Part shown: positions 51,434-61,542 of the stretch, in pieces
Numbering within the stretch: position 1 is the stretch's first letter
How the letters are laid out: every line of letters begins with the position of its first letter
Assembly (NCBI GenBank): GCA_965209155.1
Contig: OZ242383.1
Location: forward strand, 1,088,001-1,152,000
Reading direction: 5' to 3'
Length of the DNA stretch: 64,000 nt
From: a bacterium
Lineage (GTDB): Bacteria; SAR324; NAC60-12
Program-made: the position numbers and the translations under genes
Notes under the pieces: generated by a model
What the model was told of the DNA's origin: nothing
The model's input: the letters and a program-made list of their open reading frames with translations, nothing else
Databases searched by the model: none

Positions 51434-53031
51434 GCCGAAGCCAGAAGGTTGACAGCTTGAATCATGAGAGCATTCATGGTCGCCGCTGCCCAAGGGGAAC
51501 CTCCACGGTTGCTGGTGTTGGTGATGTGAGCAACCGATTTACATTGAACCAGCTCTGCCTTGCATTCCCTGGCTTCGATAAACCCGACAGGCAAACCGAT
51601 AACCAGGTGAGGATTCCAGTTTTGCATCTTCACAAGCCGCACGGCTTCCATAACCGCAGTCGGCGCATCTCCTATGGCCACTATCACATTGTTCCCCAAC
51701 TGCATCCAGGCACGGCGGATGCCTGCCGCAGAGCGTGTGATCCCCTTTGCCTGCGAGAGTAAACGGGTTTCTTCCTCATGCACTCCACAGAATACTTCAA
51801 TTGCCAATTGGGATAGCAATTTCCGTTTCAAACCACTTTGAACCATACTCACGTCGGTAATGACTCTGCAGCCCGAAATCAAGGCTTGCACACCCACGTC
51901 AATGGCATTTTCAGAAATTATCACATCGTCTGTGACTGAAAAATCTCCAGAGGTGTAGACCAGTCTTTGCAAGATGGGAAGGTGCAATCGCGGGACCCCG
52001 GACCAGTCCCGACCTTGTTCAATGATCTTGAAACTTTCGCTCTCCAAGGGGTGTGGTTGATAGAGTTCCGGTATCGTTCGTTCCGCCTCCTCGTGACTGT
52101 GGACGAGAGGAGCCGTGGTCGAATGAGTATGAGGGTGGAAAAGGGTTTCATGTTTGCCCCTCACATGGAGATGGTGGGCTCGCTGTTCCTTTCCTACTTC
52201 GTCTTCAAATCCGACTATTTGCACCCGGTATTTGCACAAGCTGCAATTCATCACTGCCTTTCCTTCGATTCCTTCTTGCGCTTTTTCCAACCAGACGTCG
52301 GTCACATGTTGATGCACCCCAAGATATTTTGCTTTTAATATTTCAATTTCCGGATGGCGCTCCCTGACCGCATCGGCTGCCTGGTAAATCCGATTGACGA
52401 GGATTCCCGTGAACAAAAAAAAGGGAACGACGATCATTCGTTTGAATCCCATGCCAACTGCAAATTCAATCCCTTCTGCTACCAGGGGGTGCGCCGTTCC
52501 CGAATAACAAACGAAGGAACCTCCAAATCCCATCCCTTCCTCCACCATCCTTGCCAGTTTGTTCACATTTGAATTGATGTCCGGATCCGTCGTCCCTCGT
52601 CCGACAACCACCAGCAATGTTTCTGAACGCTTGAATAACCGGCAGGAATGCGCTTCCGCCTGTACGATTCTTTCCTGGAACAGTTTCAGCAAAAGGGGAT
52701 GGAGTTCCATAGCCCCTCCATATTGGAATTCGATATGCTGAAATTCTCGTTTCATTGCCAGTAATTCGATGGGCATGTCATTTTTTCCATGACTGGCAGG
52801 AAATAAGATAGCCGGGACCATCACGATGCGTGTTGAGCCGAGTTGAATATTTTTCCGTATTGCCGTATCGATAGTGGGGGCGGCAAACTCTAAAAATCCG
52901 TGGGTGACGACTCGCTGGGGTTGTTTCTTTTTCAGTAATGAAATCGCTTCTTCGAATTCTTTCACACCCGCAATATCCCGGCTACCATGACCGGCAACCA
53001 CTATGCCATAACTGGAATTGGAATTTATCAT
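51430..53031 (-). CDS. Sirohydrochlorin chelatase CbiX fused to precorrin-8X methylmutase (CobH/CbiC)
   Basis: GHGSRD, HGKND, MNCSLCKYR, His-rich linker, ITRSAAG, IGDAPTA, GGSPWAAA. Confidence 0.88.
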   Translation of the reverse strand: MINSNSSYGIVVAGHGSRDIAGVKEFEEAISLLKKKQPQRVVTHGFLEFAAPTIDTAIRKNIQLGSTRIVMVPAILFPASHGKNDMPIELLAMKREFQHIEFQYGGAMELHPLLLKLFQERIVQAEAHSCRLFKRSETLLVVVGRGTTDPDINSNVNKLARMVEEGMGFGGSFVCYSGTAHPLVAEGIEFAVGMGFKRMIVVPFFLFTGILVNRIYQAADAVRERHPEIEILKAKYLGVHQHVTDVWLEKAQEGIEGKAVMNCSLCKYRVQIVGFEDEVGKEQRAHHLHVRGKHETLFHPHTHSTTAPLVHSHEEAERTIPELYQPHPLESESFKIIEQGRDWSGVPRLHLPILQRLVYTSGDFSVTDDVIISENAIDVGVQALISGCRVITDVSMVQSGLKRKLLSQLAIEVFCGVHEEETRLLSQAKGITRSAAGIRRAWMQLGNNVIVAIGDAPTAVMEAVRLVKMQNWNPHLVIGLPVGFIEARECKAELVQCKSVAHITNTSNRGGSPWAAATMNALMIQAVNLLASA

Positions 53032-53175
53032 AGGAAAAGTGTGGCTTTTAATAGCAGGAATGACCTGAAAAAAATTGGCTCTTGCTCTACGATATGCTAA
53101 GAATGGTCATTGAGATAACAGTAAATTATCACAAAGGAGTCGCAGAACCAACTGCAAAGAAGGAGGGAAGCCCAG

Positions 53176-54273
53176 ATGGAAAAAAGAACCAGGAAAACCA
53201 AAAACGGTATCGCGCATCGTATTTTTTCCACCAATGGGATCCTGATTGCAATTTTACTGTTGATGGGTTATTGGATTTTTTGGGGAGGAAATAAGCAAAA
53301 TACTGGATCCTTTTCTTTCCAACCGCGCCGCTCGATCGTGGGGATCGGCAATACCCTCAACGCCGATGCGATCGAAAGATTGGGTGTGGATTTAACGGAA
53401 AATCTCGACCCGAAATTGATCCCCTCGCTTGTCGAACAGGCGATGAAAGAAACGGTGCAATCCGGAGTGAGAGAGCAAGAATTCGTCCAAACTCTGGTCA
53501 CCCGTGTTTCCAATAAAATTCGTGATATCAGCACCATTGACTTGAACAACGATGGCATCGCCGACCCGATTCTGGTGGTACCTCAAAACATTTCGGAAGG
53601 TGCGGAACACCTTCAACTTTCCATTCGCGTGCCAGATCCTGCGGAAGTGGCTACTTTACCGGAAGGCGGCGATCAGAATGCCTGGTTGGAAATTGCGGAA
53701 ACGAAGTCGGTCGAAATCATGACCGCTGTTGCCATTAAAGAAAATGATCAAAACATGGTCATTCAATCTGCTCCCAATCCACAAGTTTACAGCGCGCACC
53801 CTCCTTATTATCACCACACCACCAGTCTGACCAATGTGTTGTTGACTTCAATGATGCTCAGTTGGATGTTCTCTCCCGCATTGTACGGTCCTGGATTCGG
53901 ATATGGCTACTATGGAGGGCCATACCGGACAACGTCCGCGATTCAGCAAAACCGTGCGGGCAACTTAAGCAATTTGCGGACGGCAAGAGGTTCCTCCTCT
54001 GCAGCAATCAATTCCAAAGGACAATCGATCGCGTCCAATAATTTCAAGAAGGTTCCCCCCAAGTCCCTCAACCAAATCAAAACCACCCAGTTTCGAGCCA
54101 AAAGTGGACAAAGCGTTTCCCGCGCTGGAGGATTTGGTAGATCTTCCACAGTTCGCAGCGCTCCTTCGTCGAGAAATACCATCCGTTCCAGTTTTTCACG
54201 CCGTCGCAGTTTTGGCAGTTTTGGACGTGGAGGAGTCCGACGCAGTTTTGGTGGTTTTGGTCGCAGAAGATGA
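53176..54273 (+). CDS. Membrane-anchored hypothetical protein with an Arg/Gly/Ser-rich tail
   Basis: N-terminal transmembrane segment, DLNNDGIAD, C-terminal SFGGFGRRR; RBS GGAGG. Confidence 0.8.
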   Translation: MEKRTRKTKNGIAHRIFSTNGILIAILLLMGYWIFWGGNKQNTGSFSFQPRRSIVGIGNTLNADAIERLGVDLTENLDPKLIPSLVEQAMKETVQSGVREQEFVQTLVTRVSNKIRDISTIDLNNDGIADPILVVPQNISEGAEHLQLSIRVPDPAEVATLPEGGDQNAWLEIAETKSVEIMTAVAIKENDQNMVIQSAPNPQVYSAHPPYYHHTTSLTNVLLTSMMLSWMFSPALYGPGFGYGYYGGPYRTTSAIQQNRAGNLSNLRTARGSSSAAINSKGQSIASNNFKKVPPKSLNQIKTTQFRAKSGQSVSRAGGFGRSSTVRSAPSSRNTIRSSFSRRRSFGSFGRGGVRRSFGGFGRRR

Positions 54274-54374
54274 CAAGCATTCCAGGTAAAAAGGCACAAA
54301 GGCACCTTTGCGCCTTTGCGCCAGTTACCGGTTGTCAGTTCCTTCACGAGTTTCCTTTGCCCCTCTGTCCCCTT

Positions 54375-54575
54375 GTGTCATTCCTGGCCCAGACCAGGAA
54401 TCCAGTTCGCCTTTGTGCCTTTGTGCCTCTGTGCCTTCCCTTTGTGCCTTTGTGCCTTTGTGCCTTCCCTCCGTGCCTTTGTGCCTTCCCTCCGTGCCTT
54501 TGTGCCTTCCCTCCGTGCCTTTGTGCCTTTGTGCCTTTGTGCCTCTGTGCCTTCCCTTTGTGCCTTTGTGCCTTC
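54375..54575. repeat. REP palindrome followed by an octamer/19-mer TGTGCCT microsatellite
   Basis: TGTCATTCCTGGCCCAGACCAGGAATCC then (CTTTGTGC)n with TGTGCCTTCCCTCCG variants. Confidence 0.85.
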
Positions 54576-57500
54576 TTATTTCGGGGGAACCGGTTCCGAT
54601 TGGTGAAACAGTTTTCGAAAAGGAGCAAGGAAGTCTTCCAGAATGAAATAGATTGATGGGATGAGGAGCAGGGTGATTAAAGTAGCCACTATCACGCCAA
54701 AACCCAGACTGATTGCCATTGGAATGAGAAAGCGAGCTTGTAGAGAAGTTTCCGTGATCATTGGCAGAAGACCGAAGAAAGTGGTGAGGGAGGTGAGTAC
54801 GATCGGACGAAAGCGACGCGTACCACCTTCCATAATAGCCTCTCTCAAGGGAAGTCCGCGGCGACGGGCATTGTTGATGAAGTCCACCAATATCAGCGAA
54901 TCATTGACTACAATTCCCGTCAGCGCGACAATTCCGAGCAGACTGACCAAGCTCAACTGGTAACCCATGATCCAATGCCCGAGAAAAGCGCCGATCACTC
55001 CAAAGGGTATGGCGGACATCACCACGAGCGGTTGAAAGTAACTACGGAACTGCAGGGCCAATAAACAGAAAATTCCAAAAAGGGCAAAGATGGCGCTTTG
55101 GATTAAACTTTCCATGGTTGCCGCCCGGCTGCGATTGCTGCCTGCAAACGAATATTCCAATGCCGGATAATCGTTTGCCAGTTCCGGCAGCACTTCATTG
55201 TTCAGGTTGGCTTCGATTTCACGAGTGTTGGCAATGTTATGGTCGACTTTGGCGGAGACGTCCACAATTCGTTTCCCATCCTCCCGATTGATCTGGCTAT
55301 ACGAATGTCCATGATGGAGATAGGCCAGTTCGGAAAGTAGCATTTCCCCACCCGAAGGGATTTTGACCACCATATCGTCCAAATTTTGACGATATTGCCT
55401 TTCTTCCCTCGGATAGCGCAGCATCACCTTCACCGCATCACTTCCCCGTTGCAAACTCAACACTTCCGTTCCCTGAAAAGCAGATCGTACCTGTTGGGTC
55501 AATCCCAGCGTGGTCATACCCATCGCATTGCCTTCCGGTCTCAGTTGGAGTTGGATTTCCGGTTTACCTTGGGCATCACTGTCCTCGATATCGCTCACAC
55601 CCGGGTATTGGGCCAATATGCTTTTCAATCGCTCTACGGCCTGGGTCAAAGTATTGTAGTCGGGATGGACAAATCGGACATCCAAATCCGAACCGGCACC
55701 CGGGCCAACGCTGAAACGTACGGTTACCGCCTCAGCCCCGGGTATGCTTCCCACACGCCTGTTCCATTTCGCGGCAAATTCTCTGGCAGAAAACCCACGG
55801 ACATCCAAAGGTTGTAGAAAAACTCTGGCATTGGTGAGGTGAGTGCCCCGGTTGCCTCGTCCTCCATGACCTCCAAGGGTGCTGAAAATGCCACGGGAGG
55901 TCGGATGGCCCTGTTGCTGGTCATACTCGGCAATAAGGGTCTGTGCTTCATGGACCAGTTTTTCCTGCGCTTGCCGGGTGACATGTAAGGGCGTGCCAAA
56001 GGGCATGGTGACGGAAGCAATTACCCGGTCTCCTTCAATCCTTGACATAAATGAGAATTTAAGATGCCCTGCCGCAACCGCGCCACCTCCCACAACGAGC
56101 ATGAAAACACCAATAGCCAGGGTTGCGTAACGATATTCAATGGCCAGGTTCAACAACTTGCGATATGGACCTTGGGTGACTTTTTCCATGCCCAGGCCGG
56201 GGTAGGCCTTGATCTTTTCCAGTCTGCCCCAAAACCCTTTATGCTTCCTGAATTTTTTAGAATGGGCCAAATGGGCGGGCAATATATATAGACATTCCAA
56301 CAAGGATACCAAGAGCACGATGACCACAATGATCGGTATCGCTTTTAAGAACTTTCCCATATTCCCTGCAATAAAAAAGAAAGGCATGAAAGCAACAATC
56401 GACGTCAGGATCGCAAACAAGACCGGGCCACTTATTTCGGATGCCCCCTCCACCGAAGCCCTCAGTCTGGACTTACCCATTTCCTGATGAGCATAAATAT
56501 TTTCTCCCACCACGATGGCATCATCCACCACGATTCCCAGCACCAGGATGAAGGCAAACAAGGAAATCATGTTGATACTGACGTCGGTAGCCGGCATCAG
56601 GAGAAAAGCTCCCATGAAGGAAATAGGAATGCCCATACTGATCCAAAAAGCCAGTTTCGCTTCCAGAAACAATGCCAACAACAACAAGACCAATCCCAGC
56701 CCCAGTGCCGCATTTTTAACCAGCAAATTGATCCGCTCTTCCAAACGCAGGGAGTTGTCATTCATAATCTCTATATCAACTCCCGGTGGGATACGTTCCT
56801 TGATACCGGCCAAATCGGCACGCACGATTTCCGAGATTTCTGTGGGGGTCTGATCGCCCACTCGATAAATCTCTACCAGGATGGAAGGCATCCCGTTGTA
56901 GGTGGAAACGGTATCGACTTCTTCAAAACCCTCATTGACCATGCCGATATCTTCCAGGAGGACTTCGCCATCTTCCGTGGAAAGGATGGGAATCCTGGCA
57001 TACTCGGCTGCCGTGTAACGCCGTTCCTTGGTTCGTATCAGGACATCCCCGCCCGAAGTTTTCAGGGTTCCTCCCGGTAAATCGAGAGTCGAGGCTCGTA
57101 TCGTATTGGCCACTTCTTGCATGGTCAGACCATAGCGCTGCAACTGCGCTTGTGGAATTTCAATCGAGATTTCATGATTCCGTACGCCAATCACATCGAC
57201 CTGGGTGATTTTTTCATGACTCAAGAGATCATTTTTGATATTCCCGGCCAGGTCACTCAAAGCCAGCTCACTGACGTTCCCGAATAAAACGAGTTGCAAC
57301 ACCTCCTGCCGGCGACGGACCATGTTCACAATCGGTGCTTCTGAATCTTCCGGTAGAGATGAAATGTTGGAGACCGCTGTTTTCACTTCCTCCAATACTC
57401 GTGGATTGTCGCTTCCTTCCTCGAGTTCTATTCTGAAACGCCCTACCCCTTCGTTTGCAAAAGACATCACGCTTTTAATTTCAACAATGCCTTGCAGCGC

Positions 57501-57707
57501 TTCTTCAACCGGTATCAAGATACTTTCCTCTATATCCTCAGGGGTGGCGCCAGCATAGGGAATTGTGACGTTGATGATATCCAATTCAAACTCGGGAAAT
57601 ATTTCCTGTTTGATGGAATTCACGTTGATAAAACCACCCACCAGGCAAACGATCATCAGTAAATTGGCGGCGACTGGATTTTTAGCCATCCATTCAATTA
57701 ACTTCAT
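54576..57707 (-). CDS. RND efflux permease (AcrB family)
   Basis: 1043 aa; GIVVDDAIVVGEN, RFRPIVLTSLTT. Confidence 0.95.
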   Translation of the reverse strand: MKLIEWMAKNPVAANLLMIVCLVGGFINVNSIKQEIFPEFELDIINVTIPYAGATPEDIEESILIPVEEALQGIVEIKSVMSFANEGVGRFRIELEEGSDNPRVLEEVKTAVSNISSLPEDSEAPIVNMVRRRQEVLQLVLFGNVSELALSDLAGNIKNDLLSHEKITQVDVIGVRNHEISIEIPQAQLQRYGLTMQEVANTIRASTLDLPGGTLKTSGGDVLIRTKERRYTAAEYARIPILSTEDGEVLLEDIGMVNEGFEEVDTVSTYNGMPSILVEIYRVGDQTPTEISEIVRADLAGIKERIPPGVDIEIMNDNSLRLEERINLLVKNAALGLGLVLLLLALFLEAKLAFWISMGIPISFMGAFLLMPATDVSINMISLFAFILVLGIVVDDAIVVGENIYAHQEMGKSRLRASVEGASEISGPVLFAILTSIVAFMPFFFIAGNMGKFLKAIPIIVVIVLLVSLLECLYILPAHLAHSKKFRKHKGFWGRLEKIKAYPGLGMEKVTQGPYRKLLNLAIEYRYATLAIGVFMLVVGGGAVAAGHLKFSFMSRIEGDRVIASVTMPFGTPLHVTRQAQEKLVHEAQTLIAEYDQQQGHPTSRGIFSTLGGHGGRGNRGTHLTNARVFLQPLDVRGFSAREFAAKWNRRVGSIPGAEAVTVRFSVGPGAGSDLDVRFVHPDYNTLTQAVERLKSILAQYPGVSDIEDSDAQGKPEIQLQLRPEGNAMGMTTLGLTQQVRSAFQGTEVLSLQRGSDAVKVMLRYPREERQYRQNLDDMVVKIPSGGEMLLSELAYLHHGHSYSQINREDGKRIVDVSAKVDHNIANTREIEANLNNEVLPELANDYPALEYSFAGSNRSRAATMESLIQSAIFALFGIFCLLALQFRSYFQPLVVMSAIPFGVIGAFLGHWIMGYQLSLVSLLGIVALTGIVVNDSLILVDFINNARRRGLPLREAIMEGGTRRFRPIVLTSLTTFFGLLPMITETSLQARFLIPMAISLGFGVIVATLITLLLIPSIYFILEDFLAPFRKLFHQSEPVPPK

Positions 57708-57739
57708 ACATCCTCCAACTTAAACCAGGAGTTAAAAAC

Positions 57740-57790
57740 GTGTCATCCCTGGGATCCCGGACTGGATCCGGGACCAGGAATCCAGGGGGA
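57740..57790. repeat. REP-like palindrome with a nested GGATCCCGGA hairpin
   Basis: TGTCATCCCTGG-GATCCCGGACTGGATCCGGGA-CCAGGAATCCAGG. Confidence 0.7.
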
Positions 57791-57857
57791 TACGGGCGAT
57801 ACTTTGGATGCCGGAATCTTTTTCAGAGATGAGTTTTTTTCGTTTCCGTCCACTTGA

Positions 57858-58913
57858 CTACGAAGGCTTTTGCCTCGAGACCTGTTTTCCTTCACCTTCT
57901 GATGATTTTCTCTGTTTGCCAAGTCTTTGATCTTCGGCTGATTGTCCATCTTTTTCCGCCACTCTCACTTTCAACCCCGAGACAGCGGCTTTCAATGGAG
58001 AAGTGATCAATTTTTCGCCTGCCTGCACTCCATTGGAGATAAAAACTTCATCTTTCTGGATATAGTCTACGACCACTGGTCGAATCTCCAACAAGCCTTC
58101 TTTTTCGAGGTAAACGGTGTTTTGATCCCGCAGGGCATGGGCTGGGATAATGAAAACATTGCGAAAGGTCTGCGCAGGAATCGTAACTTCAACGAAAGCG
58201 CCAATAAACAGTGGAATCGGAGCATTTTCCAGTTGGCGAGAAGCTTTAAACTTAAATGGATCTTGAATTTCAATCAAGAGTTGGCCCATACCGCCTTTTG
58301 ACGTCAATTCGGGCAATCTATGCTGCACGATCCCATTCCAGGCCTGGGTGTGGTTCCCGTAGGTAAACATCACTTTGGCCGGAATATTGAGTTGATTGGG
58401 GATTCTCTGAAGAGGGAGCCGGGCCATTTCTCGCAAGGGAAGATCGACCTTGACTTGCGCCTCATCGCTGCCGATCAGGGTGGCGATCGCAAATCCGGGA
58501 GAGACGAATTGATCTCCGGAGACGTCCACTGCCTGCAGTATGCCATTGAAGGGTGCTTCCACTTCGGTATAAGTCGTATTGAGCCCTGTTGCCGGTTTGA
58601 TTCCAAGGAGGACCTCTTCGGCACGGACGTAACCTCCCTCGACCAGGGAAGGGCTGATGTAATCGACAATCCCGGAAATGGGTGGAGTGAGAATCACCCG
58701 CTTTTTCGCACGGACAATGCCATGCGTTTGAATCTGGATTCTTCGGTTCTCCGGTCTGAGCGAACTGACTTCGACCAGAATTCCTGCAAAAGATTTTTTT
58801 CGAGGGCTGGTTTGGGGCTTGGTGGCATCAAAGTACATCCAAATGGCTCCTCCTGATAGAAGAATGACCACGGGAAGCATTATCTTTGTCAGGAGTCGAA
58901 TCTGTTTTGTCAT
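57858..58913 (-). CDS. RND efflux periplasmic adaptor (MFP)
   Basis: VEAPFNG, IGAFVEV; adjacent to the RND permease. Confidence 0.9.
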   Translation of the reverse strand: MTKQIRLLTKIMLPVVILLSGGAIWMYFDATKPQTSPRKKSFAGILVEVSSLRPENRRIQIQTHGIVRAKKRVILTPPISGIVDYISPSLVEGGYVRAEEVLLGIKPATGLNTTYTEVEAPFNGILQAVDVSGDQFVSPGFAIATLIGSDEAQVKVDLPLREMARLPLQRIPNQLNIPAKVMFTYGNHTQAWNGIVQHRLPELTSKGGMGQLLIEIQDPFKFKASRQLENAPIPLFIGAFVEVTIPAQTFRNVFIIPAHALRDQNTVYLEKEGLLEIRPVVVDYIQKDEVFISNGVQAGEKLITSPLKAAVSGLKVRVAEKDGQSAEDQRLGKQRKSSEGEGKQVSRQKPS

Positions 58914-59369
58914 GCCCGTTCAAATTATTCGTTTACGAAAATCTCAGGCAAGGGTTAGGGCATATATGATTCTTTGAATATACCCCGGCGCATTACCGAC
59001 TGTTTCAGGATAACAAAATTCCAATAAAATGTTTATCTTGCATGTATCAGTTTGTAACAACTTGTATAAAGTCTCCAAGATCCTGCGCATTACCAGTCTT
59101 AATTAAAATCTACAACAGTCAGTCATCGAATATAGGAACCCTGAATGGGTTGATGGCGAACTATTTTGACAGGCTCGAATAAATCTCAATCACAGACGAA
59201 ATGACCGAAAACCAAGGGTGGTGATAAAATCCCGGTAGCGTGAAAATGCAGCTTTGAGCGATTTCTCGCCGCCGTTGTTCAACCTTCAGGATCAATAAAA
59301 AGAATAATCTTTGTCAGGAGTCGAATGTGTTTTGACATGCCCCGTTCTAATTATTCGTTCACGAAAATC

Positions 59370-60473
59370 TCAGGCAAGGGATAGAGCGTAAAGGACAATG
59401 CCTCCATAAATCAGGAGCATCGAGGCTGATTTGAATTGGTTCAACGTGTATTTATTGGAATAAAAAAAGACAATAGCCACTATTGTAGCTCCTATCAAAG
59501 TCCATAACAATTCTTTTTGAGGCATTTCGATGAGAGTGAATGCCGAACCACTGAAAAACATCACTGCCACAGGAACACTCAAACAAATACAGATATCAAA
59601 GATATTGCTACCAAATACATTAGAGACGGCTGCGTCATAATTGCCACGTTTTGCGCTGAGCACGGAGAGGACGGTGTCCGGTGCCGAAGTTCCCGCGGCA
59701 ATCACTACGAACGACATAATCACCGCATCAATTCCCAGTAAGTTGCCCAAGCCGATCGAGGCTTCCACCAGGACGTAAGAAGCGCCACCCATGACGAGCA
59801 TCATGCCTGTAATCCAGGCCCAGGCTTCTTTATCTCCAGCAATATGCAAATCTTTTTCTTTTTTTCGAGGAGCTTTTTTTTTGAAGGTTTGTTCCTGGTG
59901 ATTCTTGTAATGCTGGTGCAGAAAAATGATATAGGCTACATAGAGGAAAAAGAAAACAGCTGCAATACCGATACTCCACTCCGGCGTTTGATAAACAAAA
60001 AACACCAACATTGTTACTACGAGTAAATAGAAAAGACTGTCGCGCCAGACCACTTCGCGACTGAGCACCAGGGGAGTGACGGCAACTAATCCGGATGCGG
60101 CGGGTATAACAAGTACGTTGTACAATGCCGAACCGGCTACGGTTGCAACACCAATTTCAAATTGACCCAAAACGATCACTGCGATCACGGCAACCGCAAA
60201 TTCTGGAAATGAACTGGCAATGGCATCGATAACCGCGGCTTTGACTGACTGGGGAAGATTGTGACGCGCTTCAATGAATTCAGCAGCCGGTGAAAAATGA
60301 TCCCCTGCCCTCCAAATCACCAGAGAAGTGAGGGCAATCAATGAGAAATAATGAAAGAATTCAATCACAGCGACGGTAAATGGCCAGGAAACAACGGCGA
60401 TGGCCCCCAGGATCAAACAGGGTTTGTAAACATAAGGGCCTGAAAATCGTTGTAATTGGCTGAAAGGAAACAT
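59370..60473 (-). CDS. Sodium/calcium exchanger family protein
   Basis: SSFPEF, GSALYN, GTSAPD and GSNIFD alpha repeats. Confidence 0.9.
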   Translation of the reverse strand: MFPFSQLQRFSGPYVYKPCLILGAIAVVSWPFTVAVIEFFHYFSLIALTSLVIWRAGDHFSPAAEFIEARHNLPQSVKAAVIDAIASSFPEFAVAVIAVIVLGQFEIGVATVAGSALYNVLVIPAASGLVAVTPLVLSREVVWRDSLFYLLVVTMLVFFVYQTPEWSIGIAAVFFFLYVAYIIFLHQHYKNHQEQTFKKKAPRKKEKDLHIAGDKEAWAWITGMMLVMGGASYVLVEASIGLGNLLGIDAVIMSFVVIAAGTSAPDTVLSVLSAKRGNYDAAVSNVFGSNIFDICICLSVPVAVMFFSGSAFTLIEMPQKELLWTLIGATIVAIVFFYSNKYTLNQFKSASMLLIYGGIVLYALSLA

Positions 60474-60504
60474 GGGGTTTCAGATTCGAATTTTCAAAAT
60501 GCGG

Positions 60505-61137
60505 TTAATCGGAATTTTGAGAGGTGTTCAGTTGTTTTTCTTCTCCCTTCAACAAACGAACCAAGTTTTCCCGGTGTTGGTAGATCAGCAGGGCCGACAA
60601 TGCGCAGAAAAGTAGAAATTGTGGAACAGAAATCATATCTCCCGCCCCCCTTGGAACTATCAAGAACAAGAAAGGCAATATTGCCAACATCACAAGAGCT
60701 GCCAAACTGGAAATGCGTTTCACAAGAAATACTCCTCCCCAAACCAGTGCGGACACAAGGGCTACGGGCCAGTGGAGTACGGTCAGTACCCCGAATAACG
60801 TGGAAATTCCCTTGCCCCCCTTGAATTGCAGAAATATAGAAAATACATGACCACAGACCAAGGCCATGCCCACGCAACTCCATTGGAAGACCAGGATGCT
60901 ACCGCTATCATCGAGCAACCAGGGGCGCGCCATCCCCATAGTCACTCCCCCTTTGGCAAAATCCAGTAAAAAAGTAAAGATTCCGGGTAGTTTCCCCCCC
61001 ACCCGCATCACGTTGGTCATGCCAATATTGCCACTGCCCTTGGTACGTATGTCTACACCAAGCATTCCTTTTCCAATCAAGAATCCAAAAGGAATACTCC
61101 CAACAAAATAGCCAATCAGCAAGAGAAGGTAAATCAT
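60505..61137 (-). CDS. plsY: Glycerol-3-phosphate acyltransferase
   Basis: GSIPFG, GSGNIGMTN, FKGGKGI, HRENLVRL. Confidence 0.95.
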   Translation of the reverse strand: MIYLLLLIGYFVGSIPFGFLIGKGMLGVDIRTKGSGNIGMTNVMRVGGKLPGIFTFLLDFAKGGVTMGMARPWLLDDSGSILVFQWSCVGMALVCGHVFSIFLQFKGGKGISTLFGVLTVLHWPVALVSALVWGGVFLVKRISSLAALVMLAILPFLFLIVPRGAGDMISVPQFLLFCALSALLIYQHRENLVRLLKGEEKQLNTSQNSD

Positions 61138-61542
61138 ACCGGAATTGCTTTTGTCAAAGAATGAAGAATTTGAGGCTACCCACTCGATTCGGAAAATGTT
61201 CCGTGGGAGGAGAAACTATATCCAATTTGCGAGTATAGCCCAATTGCTTATCCCGGTAAAGAGAATCAGAATTGAATGCACGATCTATAATACTCTGGCT
61301 ATGTGTCTGTTAACGCCAGGCTGTAGTACTCGGGTTTCGTTCTCACTTCTTTAATGAAATCGGCCACTCCCTTTTCGAAATCCGCAATTAATATTTCCCT
61401 CTTGCTGAAAAATGGGCGCAAATAGGAAACAATCTAACCAACTATTTCACTATTCAATGAGAAGGGAGCTGGGAAGCCTGAGCCTCCGCGCCAAGGACCC
61501 TCCGGCTCCCTTTTATCAGGTCAGCCACAAGGGGTGTAACCC

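Noticed and set aside
53032..53175. Cobalamin riboswitch
   Set aside because: The intergenic region is short and I could not find a B12-box motif.
54270..54656. Cys/Leu/Pro-rich ORFs (also 41512-41830)
   Set aside because: They are artefacts of the stop-free octamer microsatellite.
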